Of a DNA stretch of 64,000 bases, positions 1 to 9,836 are shown in pieces. This DNA is from Halobacteriovoraceae bacterium (GTDB lineage: Bacteria > Bdellovibrionota > Bacteriovoracia > Bacteriovoracales > Bacteriovoracaceae). Made by a program: the position numbers and the translations under genes. The notes under the pieces were generated by a model. It was given only the letters and a program-made list of their open reading frames with translations, had not been told where the DNA came from and did not search any database. The stretch covers positions 992,001-1,056,000 of the forward strand of contig CAVRCF010000005.1 of assembly GCA_963719505.1 (NCBI GenBank), given 5' to 3'. Position 1 is the first letter of the stretch, and each line of letters opens with the position of its first letter.

Positions 1-718
1 TGGATGTACCAACCGAAGCTAAAATGGCCGTAATAGTTGTTCCAATATTTTCACCAAGAACAAGTGCAGCCGCAGTATTAAAGCCGATGACACCCGTTGA
101 AGCCAAAGCAATCGTTATTCCAAGCATGGCCGAAGAAGATTGGATAATAACAGTAAGGAGACAGCCCGTTACAATAGAGGCAAAATAGCTTCCATAGTCA
201 TCTCCAGAGAAGTAGCTAATCATATTTAAGAATTCAGCATTCGTTCTCAAAGGCTTAAAAGCACCACTCATCAACTCGAGACCTAAAAAGATCATCCCGA
301 TACCAAAAATCACTCGACCAATATTTTGCGCTTTGTTATTTTTTGAGAATAAAGCTGGAAATATCCCAAGTGCGATAAAGAGAAGTCCATATTTTCCAAC
401 TTTTATCGAAATGATCCAACCTGTAATAGTCGTCCCAATATTGGAACCGAAGATAACACCGATAGCTTGGGTAAGCCCCATCAATCCGGCGTTAACAAAT
501 CCCACGACCATAACTGTTGTCACTGAGGAACTTTGGACAATCATCGTCACCAACATCCCTACTGTCACGGCGAGGACTCTATTTGTTGTTAAAGAGTTAA
601 TGATTTTTGTGATAAAGTCACCAGCTGCTTGTTGAAGAGCATCTGACATTTGCTTCATCCCGTAAAAGAAGATTCCAAGACCACCCAAAAGAGTGTAGAT
701 AATTTTAAAAGTATCCAT
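1..718 (-). CDS. Na+/Pi cotransporter family protein (5' part; runs off window start)
   Basis: Read manually from ATG at 718: MDTFKIIYTLLGGLGIFFYGMKQMS...IVQSSSVTT...GSNIGTT...IIQSSSAM...GENIGTT, the duplicated QSSS/NIGTT signature of NptA/YjbB-type transporters. Confidence 0.9.
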   Translation of the reverse strand, partial: MDTFKIIYTLLGGLGIFFYGMKQMSDALQQAAGDFITKIINSLTTNRVLAVTVGMLVTMIVQSSSVTTVMVVGFVNAGLMGLTQAIGVIFGSNIGTTITGWIISIKVGKYGLLFIALGIFPALFSKNNKAQNIGRVIFGIGMIFLGLELMSGAFKPLRTNAEFLNMISYFSGDDYGSYFASIVTGCLLTVIIQSSSAMLGITIALASTGVIGFNTAAALVLGENIGTTITAILASVGTS

Positions 719-944
719 AAGTTAATTCCGCCGAGTAAAATGAGGGTTTTATCCTGTTAATTTTAGGTTTTAGAGCTTATAACACCTATTAAAATATTTT
801 GAAATAGCTTTAGCTGATTAAAACTATTAAGTTTTTGTTAGGATCAAATAATCTGAACGCAAAGACATAAATATAAGCTAAATCTAGGGTCACTTTCTAC
901 AAAACGGTGACAAAACTCTGATTCATATGGAATAAGATAACGCT

Positions 945-1889
945 ATGTTAGACCAGTTGGTATTAAATAATTTTTATAGTGGGTTTGATCATAATGAATA
1001 TGGGCAAACAGAAGAGTTTACTTTGGCCACATGTCAGAGAACTCTTATTCTCACTTTATCCAATAACCCCTATGAAGACCTCAAAGGTGTAGACGGGCAT
1101 CAGTGCCTCAAAGGCCTTGAGGCTTATAGTTATCTTTTAGAAATTATATGCGGCCTTAAAAGTAAACTCATCGGTGAAAATGAAATAGTTGGTCAGTTCA
1201 AAACAGCTTACAGAGACTACGTAAGCCTAGAAAAATCGAAAAGGTGCTCAAAGCTTTTAACCATTATTGAGAAGCTTTTCAAAGATGCTAAAAAGATTAG
1301 AACAGAATACCTTCTTGGTCTCACCCAAAAAACCTATTCTTCCATTGCTAGAAAACATATTGTTAATAAACACAAAGCCGACTCGGTCCTCATTTTGGGC
1401 TCAGGACAGCTCGCTGAAGATCTTATTAATCAGTTTAAAAAGAAAACAAATGTCTTTATCAGTGGACGAAACACCGAAAAAGTAGAGCAACTAGCAAAGC
1501 TACACAATGTTGAGATTGTTCCGTGGGGTTACCACGAAAGTCTTCTTAAATTTCCTTTCATCGCCAATTCCATTGGGTTTAAAGGGGTGCTTTTTAACGA
1601 AGAGTTTTTTGGAGACTGGTATAGCCGACACGATAAAAAACTTTTTGTCGATTTGGGATCACCATCTGCAGTACAAACAAAATTTTCCTATCTCGATGGT
1701 GTTATGAAATTAGATGACGTCTTTAAAGAAGGCGCTGTCCACGAAACTCAAAAATTAAATCAAATTGAAAAAGCCAGGACGGCAATGAAATCAATTGCCG
1801 TAAAAAGATTGGACGTCTTTAAAGAAAAGAAGTTGAAAAAAAAGACGTTCCAAACGAGAAGCCTGGAACAATATGTCGAAAACGTTTAA
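945..1889 (+). CDS. hemA: Glutamyl-tRNA reductase, short form
   Basis: TCQR (cf. TCNR catalytic Cys), GENEIVGQ, NADPH-binding LILGSGQLA; first gene of hem operon. Confidence 0.85.
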   Translation: MLDQLVLNNFYSGFDHNEYGQTEEFTLATCQRTLILTLSNNPYEDLKGVDGHQCLKGLEAYSYLLEIICGLKSKLIGENEIVGQFKTAYRDYVSLEKSKRCSKLLTIIEKLFKDAKKIRTEYLLGLTQKTYSSIARKHIVNKHKADSVLILGSGQLAEDLINQFKKKTNVFISGRNTEKVEQLAKLHNVEIVPWGYHESLLKFPFIANSIGFKGVLFNEEFFGDWYSRHDKKLFVDLGSPSAVQTKFSYLDGVMKLDDVFKEGAVHETQKLNQIEKARTAMKSIAVKRLDVFKEKKLKKKTFQTRSLEQYVENV

Positions 1890-3366
1890 AATCGGAACAA
1901 GAGGAAGTCTCCTCGCAGTTACTCAATGTACATTAATAGCTCAAGAAATGACCAAAAGAACAGGGGCTAATTTTGAGTTAATCAAAATCGTCACCCAAGG
2001 TGATGCACAGACAGAGAAACCCCTTTGGCAAATGGATGGTAAAGACTTTTTCACAAAAGAACTCGATCAAGCTCTTCTTGAAAATAAAGTTGATCTCGTT
2101 GTTCACTCCTATAAAGACCTTGGAAGTGATAGACCTGATGGAATTGGTTTAGCCGCAATCACGCAACGACAGTTTGCCAACGATATACTTCTTATAAGAG
2201 AAGATAATATTAAAACGATTCAAGAAAAAGAAATCTTTAATGTCGGAACAAGCTCGCCTAGAAGAATAGTTAACGCCGAATCTTCACTTGTTGATTTTTT
2301 GCCAGGAGCTCATAAAAACTTAAAAGTAAAATGTTCAATGCTTCGAGGTAACGTCAACACCAGAATTCAAAAGTTAAAAGATGGTCATTACGATGCTATA
2401 ATTTTGGCTTTAGCGGGATTGGAAAGGTTAGCCCAAAAAGAAGAAAGTAAAAAGATATTAGAAGAACTCCTCGATGGACTTAACTTTATGGTTATGCCTC
2501 AAAAAGTTTTTCCAAGTTCAGCTTCTCAAGGAGCATTGGCCATTGAGTACAATGAAAATGAGAAAAACCCCGAACTTCTTGAAGTCTTAAAAAGTGTCCA
2601 CTGTGATAGAACACAACTCGAAGTCAAAAACGAGCGCGCTCTTTTTCAAACTTATGGAGGGGGCTGCCACCTTGCCGTTGGAATTAATACTCAAAGTCAC
2701 AAAGGTCTTCTTTTAGATATAGAAAAAGGAATGCATGGAGATCAATATATAGAGAGAACGACTCTTCATGGGAGTCGTCTCAATGAACTTCATGGCAAGC
2801 TTTTGTTCCTTCCCTTGGGTGAAACAGATAAGTTGGTTAAAAAGAAACCTCTTCATCCCAATCTCAAAGATGACTGCGCCTATTTTGTAACCTCGTCGTA
2901 TTGTCTTGAAGCCGTCAAAGAATTATCCCGTTCTACTCTTTACGCAAGTGGAACAAGAACGATGAAAAAGCTTGTCAGGCAAGGACAGTGGGTGAATGCT
3001 AGCGCTGATAGTCTTGGACACAAAGAAGTAAGCCGTATCCACTCCTCTATCGCCGTGGGCATAATGAATAAAAACAAAAAGCTTCTCGTGCTCTCCCACG
3101 ACGAAGCTGACTCGACAGCTGGAGATGTTATCCCTTGCTACAAAAGAGAAGTTTCAAACGAGCAAATGGACTTAACTTCGTACGAAGCATTTTACTGGTC
3201 AAGTTTTTTTCAATATCAAACTTATTTAAATCAATATCCAGAAATTAAAAATAAACTCCATGCCTGTGGTCTTGGAAAAACTTATGATCAGTTTATAGAA
3301 AACGATATTGCTGTCATTCCCGTTGAAAGCATGAGTAAACTCAAAGAAACGTGTAAAATCTTATAA
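1873..3366 (+). CDS. hemC: Hydroxymethylbilane synthase with C-terminal HemD-like extension
   Basis: IGTRGSLLAVTQ, FTKELD, VHSYKDL, GTSSPRR, RGNVNTRIQKL, GGGCH; about 190 aa extra at C-terminus. Confidence 0.93.
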   Translation: MSKTFKIGTRGSLLAVTQCTLIAQEMTKRTGANFELIKIVTQGDAQTEKPLWQMDGKDFFTKELDQALLENKVDLVVHSYKDLGSDRPDGIGLAAITQRQFANDILLIREDNIKTIQEKEIFNVGTSSPRRIVNAESSLVDFLPGAHKNLKVKCSMLRGNVNTRIQKLKDGHYDAIILALAGLERLAQKEESKKILEELLDGLNFMVMPQKVFPSSASQGALAIEYNENEKNPELLEVLKSVHCDRTQLEVKNERALFQTYGGGCHLAVGINTQSHKGLLLDIEKGMHGDQYIERTTLHGSRLNELHGKLLFLPLGETDKLVKKKPLHPNLKDDCAYFVTSSYCLEAVKELSRSTLYASGTRTMKKLVRQGQWVNASADSLGHKEVSRIHSSIAVGIMNKNKKLLVLSHDEADSTAGDVIPCYKREVSNEQMDLTSYEAFYWSSFFQYQTYLNQYPEIKNKLHACGLGKTYDQFIENDIAVIPVESMSKLKETCKIL

Positions 3367-3376
3367 GGAAAAAATA

Positions 3377-4636
3377 ATGAATTCAGATCAACTTTTTCAA
3401 AAATCTTTAACTTTTGTCCCAGGCGGAGTTCACTCTCCAGTAAGAAGTTTTAAAGGTCTTCATCAAACGCCTCGGTTTATTAACAAAGCTTTTGGCGCTT
3501 ACCTAGTAGACGAAGAGAAAAAAAACTATATCGACTTTTGTATGAGCTTTGGTCCCCTTATCCTAGGCCATAGAAATGAAACTGTAGAAAGAGCTGTTAT
3601 TGAAGCAATCACTCGTGGTTGGACCTATGGTGCTTGTGAAAAGTATTCACTGGAGCTGGCCGAATTTCTTATCAATAAAATACCTCATATAGATCAAATT
3701 CGTTTTGTGAATTCAGGAACAGAAGCCGTTATGTCTGCGGTAAGGCTCGCTCGTGGGTTTACGGGAAAAACAAAAATTATAAAGTTTGATGGCTGCTACC
3801 ATGGTCACTTGGATGGAATGCTTATCAAAGCCGGCTCTGGTTTAGCCGGAGAGGGAGATTCTACATCCGCAGGAGTTACTAAGCAGATGGCTGCTGATAC
3901 TCTTATTTGCGAGCTTGGAGATATTGAAGCTGTTCGAGAAATATTTAAGCAAAATAAAGGAGAGGTTGCCGCTATCTTCATTGAGCCCCTTCCAGCTAAT
4001 AATGGAATCCTTATTCAGGATCAAGAGTTTTTAAAAGAGCTAAGAACACTTTGTGATGAAAATGAAAGTCTTCTTGTCTTCGATGAAGTTATCTCAGGGT
4101 TCAGAGTTGGATTTGAGGGAATGGCAAAAGATCTTGGTATCATTCCTGACATGGTGACATACGGAAAAATTATCGGCGGAGGATTTCCCGTCGGTGCTGT
4201 GGCTGCAAAAAAAGAAATCATGCAAAGACTCGCTCCAGTTGGAGATGTCTATCAGGCTGGGACCTTGAGTGCCAACCCTGTGGCCATGGCCGCGGGCCTT
4301 GCTAACCTCAAGCAGCTCACTCCCCACTTCTATGTTGATTTAGAAAACAAGGCCAATGCAATAGTAAAGATTTTCAATGACTGGCTGGCTCAAAGTGAGT
4401 TTAGTGATTATAGTATTATCCAATACAAGTCTCTTTTTTGGCTTACTCCTGGTGAGAAAGGAATCAAAAAACCAAGTCAAATTCCAAAAAACCTCACAGA
4501 CAGATTCTATAAACTTTTTGAAAACGTTTCGAACAAGGGCATTTATCTGTCTCCAAATGCTTATGAAATTGGATTTGTCAGTGCAGCCCATGATCAAGAG
4601 GTACAAGAAGAATTAAAAGCTAGGCTATGGAGTTAA
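3377..4636 (+). CDS. hemL: Glutamate-1-semialdehyde 2,1-aminomutase
   Basis: PGGVHSPVRSF, NSGTEAVM, FDEVISGFR, GKIIGGGFP, YQAGTLSANP. Confidence 0.96.
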   Translation: MNSDQLFQKSLTFVPGGVHSPVRSFKGLHQTPRFINKAFGAYLVDEEKKNYIDFCMSFGPLILGHRNETVERAVIEAITRGWTYGACEKYSLELAEFLINKIPHIDQIRFVNSGTEAVMSAVRLARGFTGKTKIIKFDGCYHGHLDGMLIKAGSGLAGEGDSTSAGVTKQMAADTLICELGDIEAVREIFKQNKGEVAAIFIEPLPANNGILIQDQEFLKELRTLCDENESLLVFDEVISGFRVGFEGMAKDLGIIPDMVTYGKIIGGGFPVGAVAAKKEIMQRLAPVGDVYQAGTLSANPVAMAAGLANLKQLTPHFYVDLENKANAIVKIFNDWLAQSEFSDYSIIQYKSLFWLTPGEKGIKKPSQIPKNLTDRFYKLFENVSNKGIYLSPNAYEIGFVSAAHDQEVQEELKARLWS

Positions 4637-5535
4637 ATAGAACAAATAACTGGTTCTACCTCGGAGTTGGACTAGCAACATCCTTTATTCTCGTTTTAGG
4701 AGCTTGGTGGCTGTATCTTGTTTTCAAGTTGGCCGCAAAACTCAATAGTGCTGAAATTCCAAACCTTGAAGGTAATCTTATTTCGATGGTTAAATGGGAG
4801 GGTTTTACTTTTTTTATCCTACTCATAGGTCTGGGTTCTGCTCTTCTTTACTTTTTCTTTCAAGATCATAAAAAGACCAATTCTCTGCATTCTTTTTTTG
4901 CTTCTTTAACTCATGAATTAAAAACGCCTCTGGCAAGTATTCGCTTGCAGTCACAGGTCATGGACGAAAACATTGATGACTTAAATGTCTCCGATGAAGA
5001 AAAAAATAAAATAAAAAAATATAGTTCAAGACTTTTACAAGACACTATTCGACTAGAAGATCAACTCGACAAGCATCTTCAGCTGTCTCGACTTGAAAAA
5101 GATCATTATCTTCAAAAAGAAGAACTCAATTTAAAAAGCTTTATCCTTAGAGAATATTCAAAACTTGGTCTTGAAGCTCCCAATCTAGAAGCACTTGAAG
5201 GTGCAACAATACATGCAAACCCTTTTACAGTCTCCTTAATCCTAAAAAATCTCATTGAGAATACACTTCGCCACAGTCCCTCCTCTAAAGGGGGCAAATT
5301 TAGTTATAGCCAAGCTCATAAAACAGCGATTCTAACATATACTGATAACGGAGAAGCTTTCGAAGGAGACCTTTCAAAGCTTGGTCAACTTTTTTACAAG
5401 TACAAATCCCCAAAAGGTTCAGGGATAGGACTATACCTTATCAAAAGATTGATGAAAAAAAATGGTGGAAAGCTTGGCATTAAAGCCTCGCCCCATTTAG
5501 TGTTCACTTTAACTTTTGAAAAAGAGTCTCCATGA
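4627..5535 (+). CDS. Two-TM sensor histidine kinase
   Basis: Two TM helices, H-box THELKTPL, N-box NLIENT, DNG, GSGIGLY. Confidence 0.93.
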   Translation: MELNRTNNWFYLGVGLATSFILVLGAWWLYLVFKLAAKLNSAEIPNLEGNLISMVKWEGFTFFILLIGLGSALLYFFFQDHKKTNSLHSFFASLTHELKTPLASIRLQSQVMDENIDDLNVSDEEKNKIKKYSSRLLQDTIRLEDQLDKHLQLSRLEKDHYLQKEELNLKSFILREYSKLGLEAPNLEALEGATIHANPFTVSLILKNLIENTLRHSPSSKGGKFSYSQAHKTAILTYTDNGEAFEGDLSKLGQLFYKYKSPKGSGIGLYLIKRLMKKNGGKLGIKASPHLVFTLTFEKESP

Positions 5536-6227
5536 AAGAGAGTTTAAATATTCTTCTGGTCGAAGATGAAGCCAATCTTGGAGAAACTCTTTGTGACTAT
5601 CTCAACTCCAAAGGACACAGTGTAGAGCTGGCAAAAACACAACTCGAAGCTCAAAAGCTTTTTGGTCCTCAGTTCCATGTCGTTCTAATGGATATAAATC
5701 TTCCAGATGGAGATGGATTAACTTTGGCCCGTGAATTTCGCCAAAAAAATCAAAATTTTGTTCTCCTCTTTTTATCCGCTCAAAATGATCCTGAAACAAA
5801 ATACCAAGGACTTGAATTGGGTGCGGAAGACTATATTACAAAACCTTTTGACCTTCGAGAATTAAACCTTCGCCTTACCAGAATTTTAAAAAGCTCCCAG
5901 AGGCTAGAGCAAATGAAATCGGAGATCAACCTTGGAAACCTAAAAATACTTTTCAGCCGTTTTCAAGTTATTGACGGAGAAGGTGTCACGATAAATCTTT
6001 CTCAAAAAGAGTGCTCAATTTTAGAACTTTTATACAATAACAAAGATGAAGTTGTCAGTCGTGATGAAATCATTAATCAAATATGGGGAGAGGACTCCTT
6101 TCCCTCCAATCGCACAGTCGATAACTATATTGTGAAACTCAGAAAATGGCTCGAGTCAGACTCTGAAGGTTTTTCTCAAATAAAATCGGTCCGTGGTGTG
6201 GGCTATACACTTACTACTAAGGAGTAA
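5532..6227 (+). CDS. OmpR/PhoB-family response regulator
   Basis: LLVEDE, MDINLPDGDG, DYITKPF, winged helix RTVDNYIVKLRK...VRGVGY. Confidence 0.95.
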   Translation: MKESLNILLVEDEANLGETLCDYLNSKGHSVELAKTQLEAQKLFGPQFHVVLMDINLPDGDGLTLAREFRQKNQNFVLLFLSAQNDPETKYQGLELGAEDYITKPFDLRELNLRLTRILKSSQRLEQMKSEINLGNLKILFSRFQVIDGEGVTINLSQKECSILELLYNNKDEVVSRDEIINQIWGEDSFPSNRTVDNYIVKLRKWLESDSEGFSQIKSVRGVGYTLTTKE

Positions 6228-6229
6228 AA

Positions 6230-7270
6230 ATGAATGATATTTTTGAAAACAGAATTGAAGTAAATGGAAAGAAAAGAGTTCCCGTATGGTTTATGCGTCA
6301 AGCAGGAAGATATCACGATCACTATCAAAACCTTAAAAAATCTCATGACTTTATGGAGCTCTGTAAAACACCACAGCTTGCTTGTGAAGTTACAATGGGA
6401 CCCATTAATGAATTTGACTTCGATGCAGCGATTCTCTTTTCAGACTTACTCTTTCCTCTAGAGCAGATGGGCACTGGTCTGATCTATAATCCAGGACCTC
6501 AACTATCTAAGACTATTCCAACCCTTGAGCATCTGAAAGAGCTAAAAATGACAGGGCACTCCCAGGACTATTATCAATTTCAAAAAGATGCTTGTGTTCA
6601 TTTAAAAAAAGCCCTCCCTGATACGAAAACACTTTTAGGTTTTGTTGGTGCTCCTTTTACACTATACGCTTACGCAGTCGAGGGAAGTCATGCCGGTGCT
6701 CTTGTAAGCTCCAAGACAGGTCTCTATGATGGACGCTTTGAGAAGTTCACAGAAGTTCTCCTCCCAAACGTTCTCGGAGAGATGATCATGCAAGCAGAAG
6801 GTGGCGCAGATGCAATGTGCATATTTGACACAGCTGTTGGAGAGCTTACGGTTAAAGACTTTAAAAATATCGTTCTTCCCAAATTGAAATGGCTGACAAA
6901 AGAATTTAAAGCCCTTTATCCTCATAAGCAGATCATCTACTATTCAAGAAATACTCATCTTAATCATATTCGTGAGATTCAAGATGAAAATATTGATGTT
7001 CTAGGTGTTGATTGGCGCCATGATATTGGAGCGGTTCTCAATGAGTTTGGAAAAGACTACTATATTCAGGGAAATTTTGATCCTTGTTGGCTTCACTTGC
7101 CTTGGGACCAATGTGAGGCAAACTTGAAAGATTTTTATAGAGAAATTACTGATCATAATGCTCCTTTGGACAAGTGGATCTGTGGACTTGGACATGGTGT
7201 GCTTCAGCACACACCTATGCAAAACGTCAAAAATAGTGTGCAATTCATTCACGAAAACTTTATCTATTAA
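6230..7270 (+). CDS. hemE: Uroporphyrinogen decarboxylase
   Basis: PVWFMRQAGRY, DAAILFSDLL, GFVGAPFTL, QGNFDP, LGHGV. Confidence 0.96.
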   Translation: MNDIFENRIEVNGKKRVPVWFMRQAGRYHDHYQNLKKSHDFMELCKTPQLACEVTMGPINEFDFDAAILFSDLLFPLEQMGTGLIYNPGPQLSKTIPTLEHLKELKMTGHSQDYYQFQKDACVHLKKALPDTKTLLGFVGAPFTLYAYAVEGSHAGALVSSKTGLYDGRFEKFTEVLLPNVLGEMIMQAEGGADAMCIFDTAVGELTVKDFKNIVLPKLKWLTKEFKALYPHKQIIYYSRNTHLNHIREIQDENIDVLGVDWRHDIGAVLNEFGKDYYIQGNFDPCWLHLPWDQCEANLKDFYREITDHNAPLDKWICGLGHGVLQHTPMQNVKNSVQFIHENFIY

Positions 7271-7391
7271 GTCGCCGAAGCGTTAATTTTTCTTAATGCT
7301 CCTACGTTAAGCACTTGAAATTAGGCTAAATGGAAGATGAATAAAATATTAATTTTTTAAGGATACTTAACAATGGTTTACATTGTTGAGT

Positions 7392-8027
7392 ATGGAAAAC
7401 TACTTAATAAAAATTAATTGTGACAACTTACTAACCGATTTCTCAGAAATGGACGGAGGGGTATCTTCAACGAGAGTAAAATCTTTAAAAGATATAGACT
7501 TCGACCATTTTGCTAAAAAAGATATCAATATTGTATTACTGCTCTCTATTTCAGATAAAGACCATCTCGAAGATATTATCCAACAACGATATCTTGAGAC
7601 TTTAAATATACCGACCATCTTCGTTTTAGATTGCGCCTGTGACAATATGATTGAACTTCTTTATTCAAAGCATTTTGTGAATCTTTATTTAAAAAATACT
7701 TCTCCTGCTCTTTTAAAGCAGCAAGTTCAATACATGTTTCAAAACTATGGCCATTACAAAAGCTTAAAATCTTCCAAACTTCTAGAAACGATTGAAACAA
7801 ATCTGTTCACTAATAAAGAAGTTGAAATTATTCGTTTGTTAGCAGAGTCTCCGCTTCAAGAGCTGAATCGCAACGAGCTTTATACAAAGGTTTGGGGCTC
7901 TGAACATATTAATACAAATACCCTTGACGTCCATCTGTGCAATATTAGAAGAAAATTAAAAAAGAGTGCCTATAACATCTCTTCTCTTACGACCGGGAAA
8001 GTATCCTTAAAGAGTGTTTTTTCATAA
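7392..8027 (+). CDS. Winged-helix (OmpR-type C-terminal) transcriptional regulator with degenerate receiver-like N-terminus
   Basis: C-terminal FTNKEVEIIRLL...RNELYTKVWG...NTLDVHLCNIRRKL; start placed at ATG 7392. Confidence 0.75.
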   Translation: MENYLIKINCDNLLTDFSEMDGGVSSTRVKSLKDIDFDHFAKKDINIVLLLSISDKDHLEDIIQQRYLETLNIPTIFVLDCACDNMIELLYSKHFVNLYLKNTSPALLKQQVQYMFQNYGHYKSLKSSKLLETIETNLFTNKEVEIIRLLAESPLQELNRNELYTKVWGSEHINTNTLDVHLCNIRRKLKKSAYNISSLTTGKVSLKSVFS

Positions 8028-8031
8028 AAGG

Positions 8032-9075
8032 CTAGTCTAAGAAAAAGTTGTTGTTTAAACCATACTCGATAAGTTTCGGCATCCGCTTTGGGACAAGTCC
8101 ATTAAAGACAAATTCTTCATCGACCATATTACCTAGGTCTTGAAGAAGAATCGTTTCTCCTTCCATGTTTGATATTTCAGCAACACGACTAACAATACGT
8201 CTCCCACTTCTATCTCTATCGAGCTGAATAATGAAGTCTATAGCTGTTGACATCTGTTGTCTGACGGCTTTAAGCGGAACATCGTAACCTGCGAATAAAA
8301 AGAGATTCTCTATTCGAGACAGGCATTCGCCTGGGGTATTTGAGTGTATTGTACACATACTTCCGTCATGACCTGTATTCATCGCTTGCAGAAGATCAAA
8401 AGCTTCCTCACCTCTCACCTCACCGATAATAATCCTATCTGGTCTCATTCGAAGAGTATTTTTGAGAAGATCTCTAATTTTTAACGGAGTTTCAATCTTT
8501 CCATTTCCTTTATTTGCCACAAGACGAACACTATTTGGAAGATTAAAGCTCAATTCTCTTGTATCTTCTATCGTGATGACTCTCTCTGCTGGACTTACTT
8601 CTTGCAGTAATAGATTTAGGAAAGTCGTCTTACCATTACCGGTACCACCAGAGATGATAATATTCATCTTGGCTTCCATTAAGGTTTTGATAAAGGTTAT
8701 CCATTTAGGAGACAGACCAAAAATCCCAGGAGAGGAATCAAATTCTTTAATCGTTTTGAGATATTTTCTAATCGTAATCGCGGGAGAACTCTGAGTATAA
8801 AGAGAAGAGATAATATTGATCCTACTTCCATCGGGAAGATTTCCATCAATGATAGGATTATTTGGATTAAAGACTGTTTTATTATATTTAGCTACATCTC
8901 TACAAAAAATGACGATGTCTTCGGGAACGAGCTTTATATTCAGAAGAATAAGTTCACCCTCTCTTTCTATAAAAACATTATCCGAACTATTAACAATAAT
9001 TTCTGTAATGCCACTTTTTTTAGCAAGCTCATTGATGAGTTTCCAAACAGAGTTACTTGGGTCACCGTAAATCAT
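8032..9075 (-). CDS. CpaF/TadA-family pilus assembly ATPase
   Basis: LPDGSRIN, ITIRK, Walker A GGTGNGKTT, TIEDTREL, LRMRPDRIIIGEVRG, AMNTGHDGSMCTIH. Confidence 0.92.
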   Translation of the reverse strand: MIYGDPSNSVWKLINELAKKSGITEIIVNSSDNVFIEREGELILLNIKLVPEDIVIFCRDVAKYNKTVFNPNNPIIDGNLPDGSRINIISSLYTQSSPAITIRKYLKTIKEFDSSPGIFGLSPKWITFIKTLMEAKMNIIISGGTGNGKTTFLNLLLQEVSPAERVITIEDTRELSFNLPNSVRLVANKGNGKIETPLKIRDLLKNTLRMRPDRIIIGEVRGEEAFDLLQAMNTGHDGSMCTIHSNTPGECLSRIENLFLFAGYDVPLKAVRQQMSTAIDFIIQLDRDRSGRRIVSRVAEISNMEGETILLQDLGNMVDEEFVFNGLVPKRMPKLIEYGLNNNFFLD

Positions 9076-9774
9076 TTAAACAACCTTTTCGTACAAAAAC
9101 ATTTCTGTCTCGTTAATACTTGCTCCATAGCGAAGAAAGTTTTGGACCATTAGATCCTTCTGCTCCGGACTCAATCGATTCTTTAAACGAGTGAAATCCC
9201 CTTTGTCTTCCTTTACAATATCGACAAATTTTTCTTTTCCTAAGAAACTCTCAAAGTGAATAAGACTCAAAACGAGCCAATCAGGCTTAATGAGTTTTTG
9301 TTCTCCTAAAAGAAGCACTTGTTTTAGCTGTCGAGACAGCCCAAGAAAAGAGATAAAATTATTTGAATTCTCTTTCATCGCTTGGATTTCACACATTTTT
9401 AAAAAGAATCCTAAAAAAAATATTCTTGAATTCCCCTCAGGAAAAATACCTTTCAGATCTTCCTCAAATTGAACCACCTCAGATATATTATCAACTTCGT
9501 CTTCCTCTGGAAAAAAACCATGAAAGTAGTGATAAAGATAACTCGATGCCAATCTATTTCGAAAACCTCTCCAACCTAGAGCGTTGAGCATAGACTCAAT
9601 GCTGTTGGCCTTAATATAAGAGGAAAATAGTTTTTCCACATGAAGCTTTAAAAAAGGTTTGGAGTGAACATTCTCAGAAATTGATAAATAGGCTTTTCTA
9701 CTATTGTTTAAATAAATAGCGTTAATCCACGAGAGATCTTCAGGTATGTACACAATTGGAAAAAGAATATTCAT
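9076..9774 (-). CDS. Hypothetical protein, possibly degenerate HDOD-like
   Basis: 232-aa ORF abutting cpaF; SIESMLNALGWRGFRN weakly resembles an HDOD helix. Confidence 0.6.
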   Translation of the reverse strand: MNILFPIVYIPEDLSWINAIYLNNSRKAYLSISENVHSKPFLKLHVEKLFSSYIKANSIESMLNALGWRGFRNRLASSYLYHYFHGFFPEEDEVDNISEVVQFEEDLKGIFPEGNSRIFFLGFFLKMCEIQAMKENSNNFISFLGLSRQLKQVLLLGEQKLIKPDWLVLSLIHFESFLGKEKFVDIVKEDKGDFTRLKNRLSPEQKDLMVQNFLRYGASINETEMFLYEKVV

Positions 9775-9836
9775 ATTTACCTCACCATCTATTTTAACTA
9801 TAATTTAGAGAAGTTAAACAACTTTACGGGAGAAAT

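Noticed and set aside
333-635. 100-aa + strand ORF
   Set aside because: Antisense shadow of the Na/Pi cotransporter
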